DNA of 64,000 nt from Vampirovibrio chlorellavorus (GTDB taxonomy: Bacteria; Cyanobacteriota; Vampirovibrionia; Vampirovibrionales; Vampirovibrionaceae): NCBI RefSeq assembly GCF_003149375.1, contig NZ_QFWH01000001.1, positions 291,593 through 355,592 on the forward strand. The letters run 5' to 3'. Position 1 is the stretch's first letter. Each line of letters begins with the position of its first letter. The translations under genes and the position numbers were made by a program. Below the pieces are notes generated by a model that saw only the letters and a program-made list of their open reading frames with translations, did not search any database and had not been told where the DNA came from. Of this stretch, positions 31,811 to 41,571 are shown piece by piece.

Positions 31811-32677
31811 ATGAATCAACCCCTGCCATTTTCTCCCCAGCACACCGCTCAAAATCCGATTGGGGTATTTGATTCCGGGCTGGGGGGGCTGCGGGTTCTG
31901 GATCGTCTGATGCAAACCTTGCCTGACGAGCGATTTGTGTACCTCGGCGATACCTTGCACATGCCCTATGGGGAGAAAACCCAGGCTCAGGTGACCGAAT
32001 ATCTGTCCGCCTCCCTGCACTGGCTGTTTGAGCGGCATCAGGTCAAGATGATGGTGGTGGCCTGTAATACCGCGGCATCGGTGGCTCCCCAATTGTTCAG
32101 CCGTTATCCGGGTGTGCCTTTTGTGGATCCGGTGACGCCCATTTGCCGATGGCTGGCCACTACTAGGCAGTATCGCACCGTGGGGGTGATGGCCACGCCG
32201 GCCACGGTGGCGTCCAACCGGTATCAGATTTTGCTGGATGACTTGAACGCCCCTGTTTTGCTTTCACAGGTGGGATGCGATCATCTGGCCTCCCTGATTG
32301 AAGCGGGACAAGGGGAAACGCCTGCCTGTCATGCTTTATTGCGCCAGTATTTGCGTCCATTGCAGGATCGGGGGGCGGAGGCCATTGTGCTGGGTTGCAC
32401 CCATTACCCCTATGTCATGGATCAGGTGGCCGCTCTGTCACCCAACGCGGATGTTCTGGATCCGGCGGTATTTATGGCCCTGGATGCCAAGCGGTTGCTG
32501 GCTGAGCATCAGCTGGCCAATCCGCAGGTGACCGGTCGTCCCATTGCGGAGGTGGATTATTTTGTCACCGCCGAACCGGATCGTTTCTATGAAACCAGTC
32601 GCCGCATGCCCTTTCAGGCTTTGGCCATGAAGCACCCCACGGTGGTCAGTATTCCGGCGCTCTCTCTGCCCTCTTAA
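31811..32677 (+). CDS. murI: glutamate racemase
   Basis: VFDSGLGGL and CNTA catalytic motifs. 288 aa. Confidence 0.85.
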   Translation: MNQPLPFSPQHTAQNPIGVFDSGLGGLRVLDRLMQTLPDERFVYLGDTLHMPYGEKTQAQVTEYLSASLHWLFERHQVKMMVVACNTAASVAPQLFSRYPGVPFVDPVTPICRWLATTRQYRTVGVMATPATVASNRYQILLDDLNAPVLLSQVGCDHLASLIEAGQGETPACHALLRQYLRPLQDRGAEAIVLGCTHYPYVMDQVAALSPNADVLDPAVFMALDAKRLLAEHQLANPQVTGRPIAEVDYFVTAEPDRFYETSRRMPFQALAMKHPTVVSIPALSLPS

Positions 32678-32703
32678 CGGTGCTTCTTGTTTTGAACCTC
32701 AGG

Positions 32704-32837
32704 CAAGGCAGCCTTCCCCAGACGTTTGTAAAACGGCGTGCCGCTTACACAGACTATGGATTTGCTTTTGCGAAGTTGCCCGGCATCCATCTTGAACTCG
32801 CTGTACTCGAACAATTACAAACGTCTGGGGAAGGCTG
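32704..32837. repeat. long inverted repeat with 23-bp perfect arms and an 84-bp spacer in a convergent intergenic region
   Basis: Left arm cagccttccccagacgtttgtaa (32709..32731). Right arm is its exact reverse complement, ttacaaacgtctggggaaggctg (32816..32838). Imperfect extension brings each arm to about 36 bp. A GGTTTT run follows the right arm. Confidence 0.7.
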
Positions 32838-32865
32838 TCTGGCCTGGTTTTAATCAGATCCGCCG

Positions 32866-34011
32866 TTAATGCTTGGCCGGGGGTGGTGTGGCGGCGCTGG
32901 CATCCTCTTTTTGGGCCGCTTCGCTGTTATGGCCCACTGCTAATGGATTGCCAGCGGGTGAGTGGCCACTGGTTTCTGCGCTCACCTCGGCGGCAGCCGC
33001 TTTTGCCCCGGGTACGGGCTTTAATATGTTGGATAACCAGGCTTCAATCTGTAGACCCACCCCGGGCTGATTGCCCAGCATTTCGGCCCCTTCCCCGATT
33101 TTTTCGTAAACCTGCAAGGTTTTGGGGCCGGTAATCCAGTTATACATGTGCTGGGCCTGGCTGTGTGATTCCTTGAAGTCATGGTTACTGAGGATCAGGG
33201 TGGGGTTGCCGTATTCCAGTAACCCCCGGCTGGCGTCGATGCCCTTGAACTCAATACCGGGGGACAGAAGCACCAGCGCTTTGACCTCGGTACTGTTTTT
33301 ACCGGCAAACGTTGCCACGTTGGCTCCCAGTTTTTCCCCGATGAGCGCCACTTGGCTCCCGTCCACCTCCGGGTAATCTTCTCCTTTTTTAAAATACTGA
33401 ATCACCTGGATGATATCGCGATGCAGGTTTTTCCACTGCTCGGGCTGCAGCAAGCGCCAACTGACCCGACGCTTCCAGGTGGTGATGGTGCTTTTGCCGT
33501 GGCCCCGCAGGTCCATGGCGTAAACGGCATAACCGGCTTTGGTCAGGGTGGCCGGTAAGTCGCTCCAGGCCAGATGATCCCGGTTGAGGCCGTGCAGTAA
33601 AATAACCAGCGGGTACTTGGGGCCCTGATACGCTTCACTGTCGGGGATGTCATTTTCTCCCGGCTCGCTCAGGCTGGGATCGTATAAACGACCGTAGATG
33701 ACCAGTTGATCCGAAAGCGGGATGGAAACTTCCTCAAAGGGTAGGTCATGCATGGCTTTGGGCAGTAGCATGCGCTCATCGGCAGGCTCGGCCGGCTCAG
33801 CGTTTTCCTCGGCGGTAGCCTCTTCGGTTGTGGCTTCTTCTCCTTTGTTGCCATGGGCTTTGTCAGTGGGGGCGGGTTTGTCCCAGGGCATGGGGGGCAG
33901 TTTCATTTCGCAGCCGCTCCAGGTGATGGAGCTCATTAATAGCAGGAGTAGGGGCAAGAACCGTTGTAGAAAACGGCGAGATGCTTGAGAGGTGGTCGTC
34001 AATTTTTTCAT
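32866..34011 (-). CDS. secreted alpha/beta-hydrolase-fold protein
   Basis: Lipoprotein-type signal (LLLLMSSITWSGC). Hydrolase core HGLNRDHLAW ... DLRGHGKS. The nucleophile-elbow position reads GEKLG rather than GxSxG. Confidence 0.55.
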   Translation of the reverse strand: MKKLTTTSQASRRFLQRFLPLLLLLMSSITWSGCEMKLPPMPWDKPAPTDKAHGNKGEEATTEEATAEENAEPAEPADERMLLPKAMHDLPFEEVSIPLSDQLVIYGRLYDPSLSEPGENDIPDSEAYQGPKYPLVILLHGLNRDHLAWSDLPATLTKAGYAVYAMDLRGHGKSTITTWKRRVSWRLLQPEQWKNLHRDIIQVIQYFKKGEDYPEVDGSQVALIGEKLGANVATFAGKNSTEVKALVLLSPGIEFKGIDASRGLLEYGNPTLILSNHDFKESHSQAQHMYNWITGPKTLQVYEKIGEGAEMLGNQPGVGLQIEAWLSNILKPVPGAKAAAAEVSAETSGHSPAGNPLAVGHNSEAAQKEDASAATPPPAKH

Positions 34012-35342
34012 GCCACAGGCTCCTGAGAATAGGTTTTGGGCAAAACAATGGCAAACACGCTGCCTTGTCCGGGAACGCTGGACAGCAGCTCCACGCTGCC
34101 GCCGTGGGCTTGCAGGATTTTTCGGCTATGGGCCAGCCCCAGACCGGTACCGCTGCCCTTGGTGGAAAAGTAGGGGGTGAATAATTTCTGGCTGTTTTGC
34201 GGGGTAATGCCGGTTCCCTGATCCGTGATCTTGACCCACACCTGGGAGTCGAGGGGGTTACTTTCCACTTGCACGGTGACCTGTGTGCCGGGTTTGGATG
34301 CTTCCAAGGCGTTTTTAAGCAGGTTGAGCAAGGCTTGGCGGAGCTTGTCGGCATCCAGCGTTAACCATTCCATCAGGCCGGTTTCCGGGCCGCTCAGGGT
34401 GATTTGCTGTTCCTGATAGGAGGGCTGGTAAAACTCACAAATATCCCGAACCAACTGGTAGAGTTCAACCGGTTTTGGATTGAGTTGCAAGGGACGAGAG
34501 TAGTTGGTCAGCTCCGATAAAATGCCTTCCAGGCTGCTGGTGGCTTGGCGGATGAGCGATAAATTTTTGAGCAGTAGGGCTTTTTTATCACTGTCGGCGA
34601 TGAGATTTAATTGCCCCAAATGATCTTCGGTCAGTTTGGCGTACAGATCGATGAGGCCCAGCGGATTTCGGATTTCATGGGCGATTACCGAGGAAAGCTG
34701 GCCGATGGCTGCCAGCCGTTCGGTGTCCACGTTCCGTTTGTTTAAAATTTGCACCTGATCCAGGGCCACGGTCAGCTCCCGGTTGCGATTTTCCAGACCA
34801 TGCACCAGCGAGGTGATCAACATGTTCAGCTTGTCATCGTAGCGCCTGTCCACGGGCGTTTCTTTCAGCAGGGTGTCCAGTTCGGGCTGCTGCAAGTGGG
34901 CAATCAGGTGCCCGGCCAGGGTGCGGGTATCCCCCGGATGAAACGTCCATCCCCCTTCGTACATGCGATAGGTGGGGTGGGTGGCTGCCGACCAGTATAA
35001 GGTGGCGCAGAGTCGATTGGTCAGCACAATGAGAAAACCGGTTTGATCGCAAATGCCGCTTTCCACCGGAAACAGATCGGGTTGATTGAAGCGGAAGAGT
35101 GGCAGCTCTGGAATATCAGCCAGGGCGTGGGCCATGGTCTCAAAGACCTCGTCGTCCAGGGTGCGGGTCATCACAAAGCCCGGCATGCGGTAGTCCCGCA
35201 CCATGCGGGTAATACAGCTATACAGACTCTGAAAAGTCTCTCGGGAATACATGCCCGTGGAGGAGCATAGATGCCCAAACAGTCCATCCAGCTGGATTTT
35301 TTTAACGCCTTGCTTCAAATCACTCACTCGCCATACAGTCAA
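34008..35342 (-). CDS. sensor histidine kinase
   Basis: H-box HEIRNPL. N/G1/G2 boxes (LLKNALEAS, DQGTGI, GSGTGLGLA). 444 aa. 4-nt overlap with the upstream hydrolase gene. Confidence 0.8.
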   Translation of the reverse strand: MTVWRVSDLKQGVKKIQLDGLFGHLCSSTGMYSRETFQSLYSCITRMVRDYRMPGFVMTRTLDDEVFETMAHALADIPELPLFRFNQPDLFPVESGICDQTGFLIVLTNRLCATLYWSAATHPTYRMYEGGWTFHPGDTRTLAGHLIAHLQQPELDTLLKETPVDRRYDDKLNMLITSLVHGLENRNRELTVALDQVQILNKRNVDTERLAAIGQLSSVIAHEIRNPLGLIDLYAKLTEDHLGQLNLIADSDKKALLLKNLSLIRQATSSLEGILSELTNYSRPLQLNPKPVELYQLVRDICEFYQPSYQEQQITLSGPETGLMEWLTLDADKLRQALLNLLKNALEASKPGTQVTVQVESNPLDSQVWVKITDQGTGITPQNSQKLFTPYFSTKGSGTGLGLAHSRKILQAHGGSVELLSSVPGQGSVFAIVLPKTYSQEPVA

Positions 35343-35439
35343 GACGAAATCCCCAAGCGGGTGGGCCGGGGGATTTCATCGTGTTTGATCTCATTATAAC
35401 TGGTGTCAGGAACCGTGTGGGGTTTCAAACCCGTGCAGC

Positions 35440-36153
35440 TTATCCGGCCATTTGAGAAGGGTTGGAACCGCCATCCACCAGACCGTATTTCAGGGCGTAC
35501 AGCACCGCCTGGGTGCGATCGTTGACCTGCAACTTCTGGAAGATGTTGTTGACGTGCGTTTTAACCGTGGTTTCGCTGATGACCAGTTTATCGGCCACGC
35601 CTTTGTAGGTAATGCCATCGGTCAGCAGTTTCAGCACTTCTTTTTCACGAGAGGTGAGATAGCCGAGCAGGGCTTGCTTGGTGGGATCCACCCGGTTGGA
35701 TTTACCCATGCGGCTCTGGAACTCATCAAAAAACTTGGTGGCCAGAATGGGCGGCAGATACACTTTTCCGTTCAGGACTTCCTCGATGGCCGCAATCAAC
35801 TGAGAGGTGACCATGGTTTTGAGGATGTAGCCTTTGGCCCCGTGTTTCATGGCCCGGAAGATCAGATCCGACTCATCGTAGCCGGTCAGAGCCAGGATTT
35901 TTAGGTTGGGGTTGATGGCCATAATTTGCTGAATGGCCGCAACGCCATCCACTTCGGGCATATTGATGTCCATCAGCACGATGTCCACATTGGCTTCGGC
36001 CAGACGCTTGACGGCATCTTCGCCGTTGGTGGCGATACCGGCCAAATGGTAATCCGATTGTAATTCCAGCAACTGTTTAATGCCCGCGCTGTGATTGGCG
36101 TTATCATCCACGATAAACACAGTGGTTTCCGAGGATTGCATCCGTCTCATCAT
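35440..36153 (-). CDS. NarL/FixJ-family response regulator
   Basis: Receiver domain (VFIVDDN ... DIVLMDINMP) plus C-terminal LuxR-type HTH (LTSREKEVLKLLTDGITYKGVADKL). Confidence 0.85.
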   Translation of the reverse strand: MMRRMQSSETTVFIVDDNANHSAGIKQLLELQSDYHLAGIATNGEDAVKRLAEANVDIVLMDINMPEVDGVAAIQQIMAINPNLKILALTGYDESDLIFRAMKHGAKGYILKTMVTSQLIAAIEEVLNGKVYLPPILATKFFDEFQSRMGKSNRVDPTKQALLGYLTSREKEVLKLLTDGITYKGVADKLVISETTVKTHVNNIFQKLQVNDRTQAVLYALKYGLVDGGSNPSQMAG

Positions 36154-36507
36154 ATGAATCGTTTTCTCCTAAAGCTCCCTGACACACACACTTCCACAAA
36201 GTTAAAAAATGGATCAAACCGGGATTACTGTTTCATACCGAATCCGTGATGCGCTTAATGAGGGGGCACCACAAATAGCCTACCGATTCCGTCTTTCACA
36301 CTCGTTTGATTAAAGTAATCTTGTTAGTATCATATCTCAGCTTTTTAAAGCCGCTCATCATCTGAAGGTTGGATATTCCCGGCTGAAGGGTCAATTTTTT
36401 GGGGGAGTCTCATCGGCCAAAGGGTGGACGATGATCCGCCGCATCCGGGCAGGCGTCCTATAATAGAGGTAGTTGCTTTGTAGGAGGCCGTGAGAGGAGC
36501 AGGCGCA

Positions 36508-36879
36508 ATGGGGTACGAGGTGATTAACAAAACCCGGCAGACCGTGGTGGCCAACCAGGTGCAAAAGGCGGATTCCTATTTCAAACGGCTGGTGGGCCTG
36601 ATGGGCAAGCCGGGTATTCCGCCGGGCTTTGGGCTGTGGATTGTCCCTTGTCAGGACATTCATTCCTTTTTTATGCGCTTTGAGTTTGACGCTCTTTTTC
36701 TGGATGCCAATGGCACGGTGCTGTACCTGCTGGAGGGCATGAAGCCCTGGCGGGTGTCTCGCTTTGTGAAGGGGGGTAAGGTGGTGCTGGAATTGCCGGC
36801 GGGAGCCATTGCCCAAAGTGTCACGCAAATTGGTGATGAGCTGGAATTACGGCCATCGGGAGCCGCTCAGACCGGTTAA
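36508..36879 (+). CDS. DUF192 family protein
   Basis: Core GLMGKPGIPPGFGLWIVPCQDIHSFFMRF is typical of DUF192. Confidence 0.55.
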   Translation: MGYEVINKTRQTVVANQVQKADSYFKRLVGLMGKPGIPPGFGLWIVPCQDIHSFFMRFEFDALFLDANGTVLYLLEGMKPWRVSRFVKGGKVVLELPAGAIAQSVTQIGDELELRPSGAAQTG

Positions 36880-37056
36880 TGGGGGCGTTTGGTGGATGTG
36901 AGCGCAAGCCCATGCGGCTTGCAGCCGGTTGTTGTTATGAAGGCCCTGAATCGTCCAAAGCACCGCGTATAAAGCGCCTGCATAAATCAGGGTGGAGGAC
37001 TGGAGTAAGCTCAGCATCTTGATTGTTTCTCTCCCACGCTATGAGTCAGTACGTTA

Positions 37057-37467
37057 TTAAATAAAATGGTCGCTTAGGTTCTGCGGCGGTTGAGTCCAAA
37101 GCAAGTCCAGTACCTGAGTCGGAATGCCCTTTCCCTGATACAGATTGCGCTGCAGGTGGGTCAACTCCCGCTGCTCCACCACGCTGATTGAGCGTGTGTA
37201 TTCTTTGAGCTTCAGGCTGGTAATGCGGTGAACGGACGGGCTGTCGTGGAACGTGGTCAGGCAGTCCAGTTCCTGTTGCTCGGTGGGGCTGAGTTTTTGT
37301 TGAGCCTTTTTGCGGGTCAGACGGGCAATGTCCCAGACCGCCGGGCTGCTGCTGTAGTGCATCAGGGCTTCCAGTTCGGCCATGTTTTGCTTGAACTGGC
37401 TGGTAAAGCGCAAAAATATACGTTGCCATCGGCTGGCTTCCGGCAGTTGCGCCATTAAGGCCGCCAT
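37057..37467 (-). CDS. hypothetical helical protein of about 136 aa
   Basis: The long ORF 37057..37920 overlaps mazG and has a junk-like N-terminus. Only the C-terminal part from MAALMAQ (37467) looks protein-like. A terminator for mazG lies between the two. Confidence 0.3.
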   Translation of the reverse strand: MAALMAQLPEASRWQRIFLRFTSQFKQNMAELEALMHYSSSPAVWDIARLTRKKAQQKLSPTEQQELDCLTTFHDSPSVHRITSLKLKEYTRSISVVEQRELTHLQRNLYQGKGIPTQVLDLLWTQPPQNLSDHFI

Positions 37468-37738
37468 ACGACGGGCCACTCCGGTGGGCGGGGTGATGGG
37501 ACTGAAAATGTTGCCGGGAAGGTCTGTTTTTCTTTGTGTGGCGGGTGGTGTGATCAGGGCGGGGTGAGGCATGCAACGGGCTCCTGTTACCCCCCGCGGT
37601 TTCCCTTGGCTTTTAGATCTTAGGGGGGCTCGTGAACGGCTGTACACAAAAACGGGTTGGATCCGACCGGTTGAGAGTGGACTGGTACGCTTTGATTGGA
37701 TTAGACAATGGATTGGCTTGAAATGTTCCAAAAAACAA

Positions 37739-37775
37739 GCGGCAGAGCTTGTTTTGCCCCGCTTGTCGAATTTGG
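37739..37775 (-). terminator. rho-independent terminator downstream of mazG
   Basis: Minus-strand hairpin ACAAGCGG ... CCGCTTGT followed by TTTTTT. Confidence 0.7.
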
Positions 37776-37864
37776 GTTCGGGGGCGCTGGGTACTGTTAA
37801 GGTAATCGGTTCAGGGCATTTTGCAATGTGTAGGACGTGGGAAACTCTGCCCTGAAAAATGAAG

Positions 37865-38746
37865 CTAGAGCAGACTGGTTCTTTGCTTGGCCTCTCGCCA
37901 CAGGGCGTCCCAGCTTTCAAAATCGAGGTTGGCCATGGCGGCTTCCAAAGATTCCGCCTGGGGGTAGCGCTCTAAAATCAGGGCTTCCATGGCCTGAAAG
38001 CGCTGGGTGAATTTGGCCGTTGCCTTGGTCAGGGCCACTTCCGGATCGATTTTGAAATGCCGGGCCAGATTGACGCTGGCAAAGTAAATATCCCCCATTT
38101 CCGATTCCAGTCGCTCGAATGCTTCCGCTGGAATCGGTTGAGTGCTTGGCAGGGCGTCCACTTCCGCCCGGAATTCCTGGTATTCGCTCATCACACACGC
38201 CCACAGGGAATCCAGATTGGGCCATTCAAAACCCACTTTAACCGCTTTTTGGCTGGTTTCCAGGGCTCGGCTCAGGGCCGGTTGGCTTTTGGAAATGCCT
38301 TCCAGAATGCTGGTCTGCTTGGCATGCCCCTTTTCAGCTTGCTTGATGGCCTCCCAGTTGCTGACCACGGCCTCGGCATTGTCTACGGAGACAGTGCCAA
38401 AAACGTGCGGGTGACGACGGATCAGCTTTTCGGCAATGGCATCGCAGACTTGCTGAAAGTCAAAGGTGCCAGCGTCCTGGGCCAGTTGACTGTGTAGCAC
38501 CACTTGCAGCAACACGTCGCCCAGTTCCTCTTTTAATGCTGAATAATCGCCGCTTTGCTGGGTTTCATCAATGGCCTCCACCGCTTCGTAAGCCTCTTCC
38601 AGCATAAAGCGTTTCAGGCTGCTGTGGGTTTGCTTGAGATCCCAGGGACAACCGTGTTCCGGGTGACGAAGCTGGGCCACTACTTGCAGCAGTTTATCAA
38701 TGCCTTGGGCTTGTTGTACTTGGGCGAGAATGGTGTCTTGAGTCAT
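37865..38746 (-). CDS. mazG: nucleoside triphosphate pyrophosphohydrolase MazG
   Basis: Two MazG EExxE/helical repeats (EEAYEAVEAID, EMGDIYFASVNLARH). 293 aa. Confidence 0.85.
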   Translation of the reverse strand: MTQDTILAQVQQAQGIDKLLQVVAQLRHPEHGCPWDLKQTHSSLKRFMLEEAYEAVEAIDETQQSGDYSALKEELGDVLLQVVLHSQLAQDAGTFDFQQVCDAIAEKLIRRHPHVFGTVSVDNAEAVVSNWEAIKQAEKGHAKQTSILEGISKSQPALSRALETSQKAVKVGFEWPNLDSLWACVMSEYQEFRAEVDALPSTQPIPAEAFERLESEMGDIYFASVNLARHFKIDPEVALTKATAKFTQRFQAMEALILERYPQAESLEAAMANLDFESWDALWREAKQRTSLL

Positions 38747-38865
38747 ACGGCGGCGATTCCTGAGGCGTGAGGGCCGGGGGAGCGGCCTGTTTTCCGGCTC
38801 TGGCTCCGGGGCTTATGGGCGGAGTATAATATTGAGCAAACATAGCATTCACAAGGAGTCTTGTC

Positions 38866-39861
38866 ATTTACGACGATTTTATAGCCGCAGTCGGCCAGGC
38901 CAAAACCATTTTTGTCACTGCCCATGTGGGCCCGGATGGGGATACTCTGGGCTCTATGCTGGCTATCAAGTTCGCCTTTGCCAAGGCCTGCCCCCATATT
39001 AAGCGCATTGATTGCGTGATTTCCGGCAAAATGCCCGATACCTACCGTTTTTTACCGGGCATTCAGGAGGTGTTGCGCATGGAAACGGCCACCACCTTGC
39101 TGAGTCAATACGACATGGCCATTTCGGTGGATTGCGGCTCCGCGGATCGTCTGGGGCTGGCTCGGCCCATTTTTGAAGGGGCCAAGGTCTCCGTGAACAT
39201 CGATCACCATGTCAGCAACGATCGCTTTGGCACCATCAATGTTGTTGAGCCGACTGCCGCGGCCAGCGCCGAGGTGGCTTTTCATATCTTCAAGGCCATG
39301 GCTATTCCGCTGGATGCCAGTATCGCTACTTGTCTATACACTGGGATTGTGACCGATACGGGCGGCTTTAAGTACAGTAATACCACCGTGCGAGTGATGG
39401 AAACCGCCGCCAGCCTGATCGCCGCCGGGGCCGATCCGGAATACATTTTTAAGCAATTGTACGAAGAGCAACCCTTGTGTCAGGTGATGTTGCAGGCCGA
39501 TGCCATGTTGCAGACCCAGTTTAACGCCGATAAAACCATCGGCTGGACGGTAGTCTCTCGGGAGCTTTTAGGCCGTCACGGGGCTTTGGATGAGCATCTG
39601 GACGGCATGGTGGAAACCATTCGCCGGGTGGATACCGTGCTGGTGGCCGTGGTGTTCAAGGAAACCGAGCAGGGGCAGACCAAAATCAGCATCCGCAGCG
39701 ATTCCCACGATATTGACGTAGCCGCCGTGATGGGGTTGTTTGGGGGCGGGGGGCATAAAATGGCCGCTGGCTGTACCATGGAATTTTCCATCGCCGAGGC
39801 CCCGGCCAGATTATTGCCGATTTTGGAAGAGCGGGTTCGCCAGAAGCTCTTGGTTTCTTAA
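38866..39861 (+). CDS. nrnA: DHH-family nanoRNase/pAp phosphatase NrnA
   Basis: DHH motifs (HVGPDGDTLGS, DHH, GGGH). The conserved N-terminus continues upstream of the tracked GTG (38926) to about 38866, where only non-canonical codons are available. Confidence 0.65.
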   Translation: MYDDFIAAVGQAKTIFVTAHVGPDGDTLGSMLAIKFAFAKACPHIKRIDCVISGKMPDTYRFLPGIQEVLRMETATTLLSQYDMAISVDCGSADRLGLARPIFEGAKVSVNIDHHVSNDRFGTINVVEPTAAASAEVAFHIFKAMAIPLDASIATCLYTGIVTDTGGFKYSNTTVRVMETAASLIAAGADPEYIFKQLYEEQPLCQVMLQADAMLQTQFNADKTIGWTVVSRELLGRHGALDEHLDGMVETIRRVDTVLVAVVFKETEQGQTKISIRSDSHDIDVAAVMGLFGGGGHKMAAGCTMEFSIAEAPARLLPILEERVRQKLLVS

Positions 39862-39872
39862 AAAACTTGCGC

Positions 39873-41429
39873 CTAGGCGGACAAACAATCCTGCACGGTT
39901 GCCAGCAAACGGCCGTCCTCAATCTGGCGCACCAGCAGGGCTACATCCCCGGCCAGGGTGCGATCCACGGTCAAGGGCGGAATAATTTCCCGAATTTTTT
40001 GGTACACCCGCCATACCCCGTGGCCGGGTTGCAGGTTGCCCCGATACTCCAGACCTTCGGCGGCGGCCAGTAATTCGGCGGCCAGCACCCAGCGGGTATG
40101 CTCCAGAATTTTAGCGGCCTTGCGGGCGGCAATGGCTCCCATGCTCACGTGATCCTCTTTATCGTTGGAGGTGGGAATGGTATCCACCACCGCCGGGTGG
40201 GCCAGAATTTTATTTTCCGAAACCAGGGACGCCGCCGTGTAGTGAATGATCATCAGGCCCGAATTCAAACCTTCTTGCTGCTTTCCGGCCAAAAAGGCGG
40301 GTAGCTCACTGAAAGCCGGATTCATCAGCTTATCAATGCGCCGCTCGCTGATACTGCCCAATTCGCACAAAGCCAGTCCCAATTGCTCCATGGCCATGGC
40401 CACGGGCTCCCCGTGAAAATTGCCCTGAGAGATGATATCGCCATTGGGAAAAACCAGCGGGTTATCAGTGGCCGAATTGATCTCGATTTCCAGCGTTTTC
40501 CGGGCTGAGGCGATCAACTCTCGAGCGGCCCCATGCACTTGCGGAATGCAGCGCAACGAGTAGGCGTCCTGCACTTTGGCGCAATCCCGATGCGATTCCA
40601 TAATCTCGCTACCGGCCAGTAAATTCCGAATAATAGCCGCCGATTGGGCATGTCCGGCATGGGCTCGAACCTGTGCCACTCGGGCATCAAAGGGTTTTTG
40701 GCTGCCTTTTACAGCCTCAATGGTCATGGCCCCGGCCACTTCCGCCACGGCCAGCAGCGATTCCGCCTGTAACAGGGTCAGCGCTCCCACCGCTGTCATC
40801 ATCTGGGTGCCATTCAGCAGGGCCAGCCCTTCTTTGGCTTTCAGCGTTAAAGGCTGGATATTAGCTCGTTTCAACGCCTCCGCACCGGGTAACCAATCGC
40901 CTTGGTAATAGGCCTTGCCTTCGCCCATCAGCACCAGCGTCATATGGGCCAGGGGCGCCAAGTCCCCACTGGCCCCCAAAGAACCCTGGGAGGGAATGCT
41001 GGGATAAACCCCGGCATTCAGTAAAGCCAGCAAGGTTTCCACCACCACCGGGCGAACCCCGGAAAAGCCTTTGGCCAGGGTATTGGCCCGGAGCAGCATC
41101 ATGGCCCGCACCACCGGAAATTCCAGAACAGGGCCAGTCCCAGCGGCATGGCTGCGCACCAGATTAGCCTGCAACTGGTCCACCTGCTCGGCGGAAATAG
41201 AGACGTGACTGAGTGCCCCAAACCCTGTGTTGACGCCATACACCATTTTGCCCGACTTCAGGACATCCTCCACCACTTGCCGGGAGGCTTGCAATTTGGC
41301 CAAACAGTCATCGGCCAGCGCAATCCTGATGGCAGCGTTCAAGCTGGCCTCTTGCAAGCCTTCCAGAGTCAGGCTGTCGCCGTTAAGCGGCAAAATTGTG
41401 TTTGTAAGGGTCATAAGCACTTTTCCCAC
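39873..41429 (-). CDS. hutH: aromatic amino acid ammonia-lyase, HAL/PAL family
   Basis: MIO-forming Ala-Ser-Gly triad in GSLGASGDLAPLAH. 518 aa. Annotated as a probable histidine ammonia-lyase, but hutU lies 22 kb away, so a PAL/TAL function is not excluded. Confidence 0.75.
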   Translation of the reverse strand: MGKVLMTLTNTILPLNGDSLTLEGLQEASLNAAIRIALADDCLAKLQASRQVVEDVLKSGKMVYGVNTGFGALSHVSISAEQVDQLQANLVRSHAAGTGPVLEFPVVRAMMLLRANTLAKGFSGVRPVVVETLLALLNAGVYPSIPSQGSLGASGDLAPLAHMTLVLMGEGKAYYQGDWLPGAEALKRANIQPLTLKAKEGLALLNGTQMMTAVGALTLLQAESLLAVAEVAGAMTIEAVKGSQKPFDARVAQVRAHAGHAQSAAIIRNLLAGSEIMESHRDCAKVQDAYSLRCIPQVHGAARELIASARKTLEIEINSATDNPLVFPNGDIISQGNFHGEPVAMAMEQLGLALCELGSISERRIDKLMNPAFSELPAFLAGKQQEGLNSGLMIIHYTAASLVSENKILAHPAVVDTIPTSNDKEDHVSMGAIAARKAAKILEHTRWVLAAELLAAAEGLEYRGNLQPGHGVWRVYQKIREIIPPLTVDRTLAGDVALLVRQIEDGRLLATVQDCLSA

Positions 41430-41510
41430 ACGTTACAGAGTACCTTTGACCTGATTGTATTATGAGGGCATCGTTTTATGCGACTGGGGTCAGGCGATTC
41501 ATACAAACGT

Positions 41511-41541
41511 AACGACCAAAACCCAGTAGGCTTTGGTCGTT
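41511..41541 (-). terminator. hairpin downstream of the Gly/Pro-rich gene
   Basis: 10-bp stem AACGACCAAA/TTTGGTCGTT with weak U-tracts on both strands. Confidence 0.4.
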
Positions 41542-41571
41542 ACCGTGTTTTGACGTATGGAGGCTGATGAT

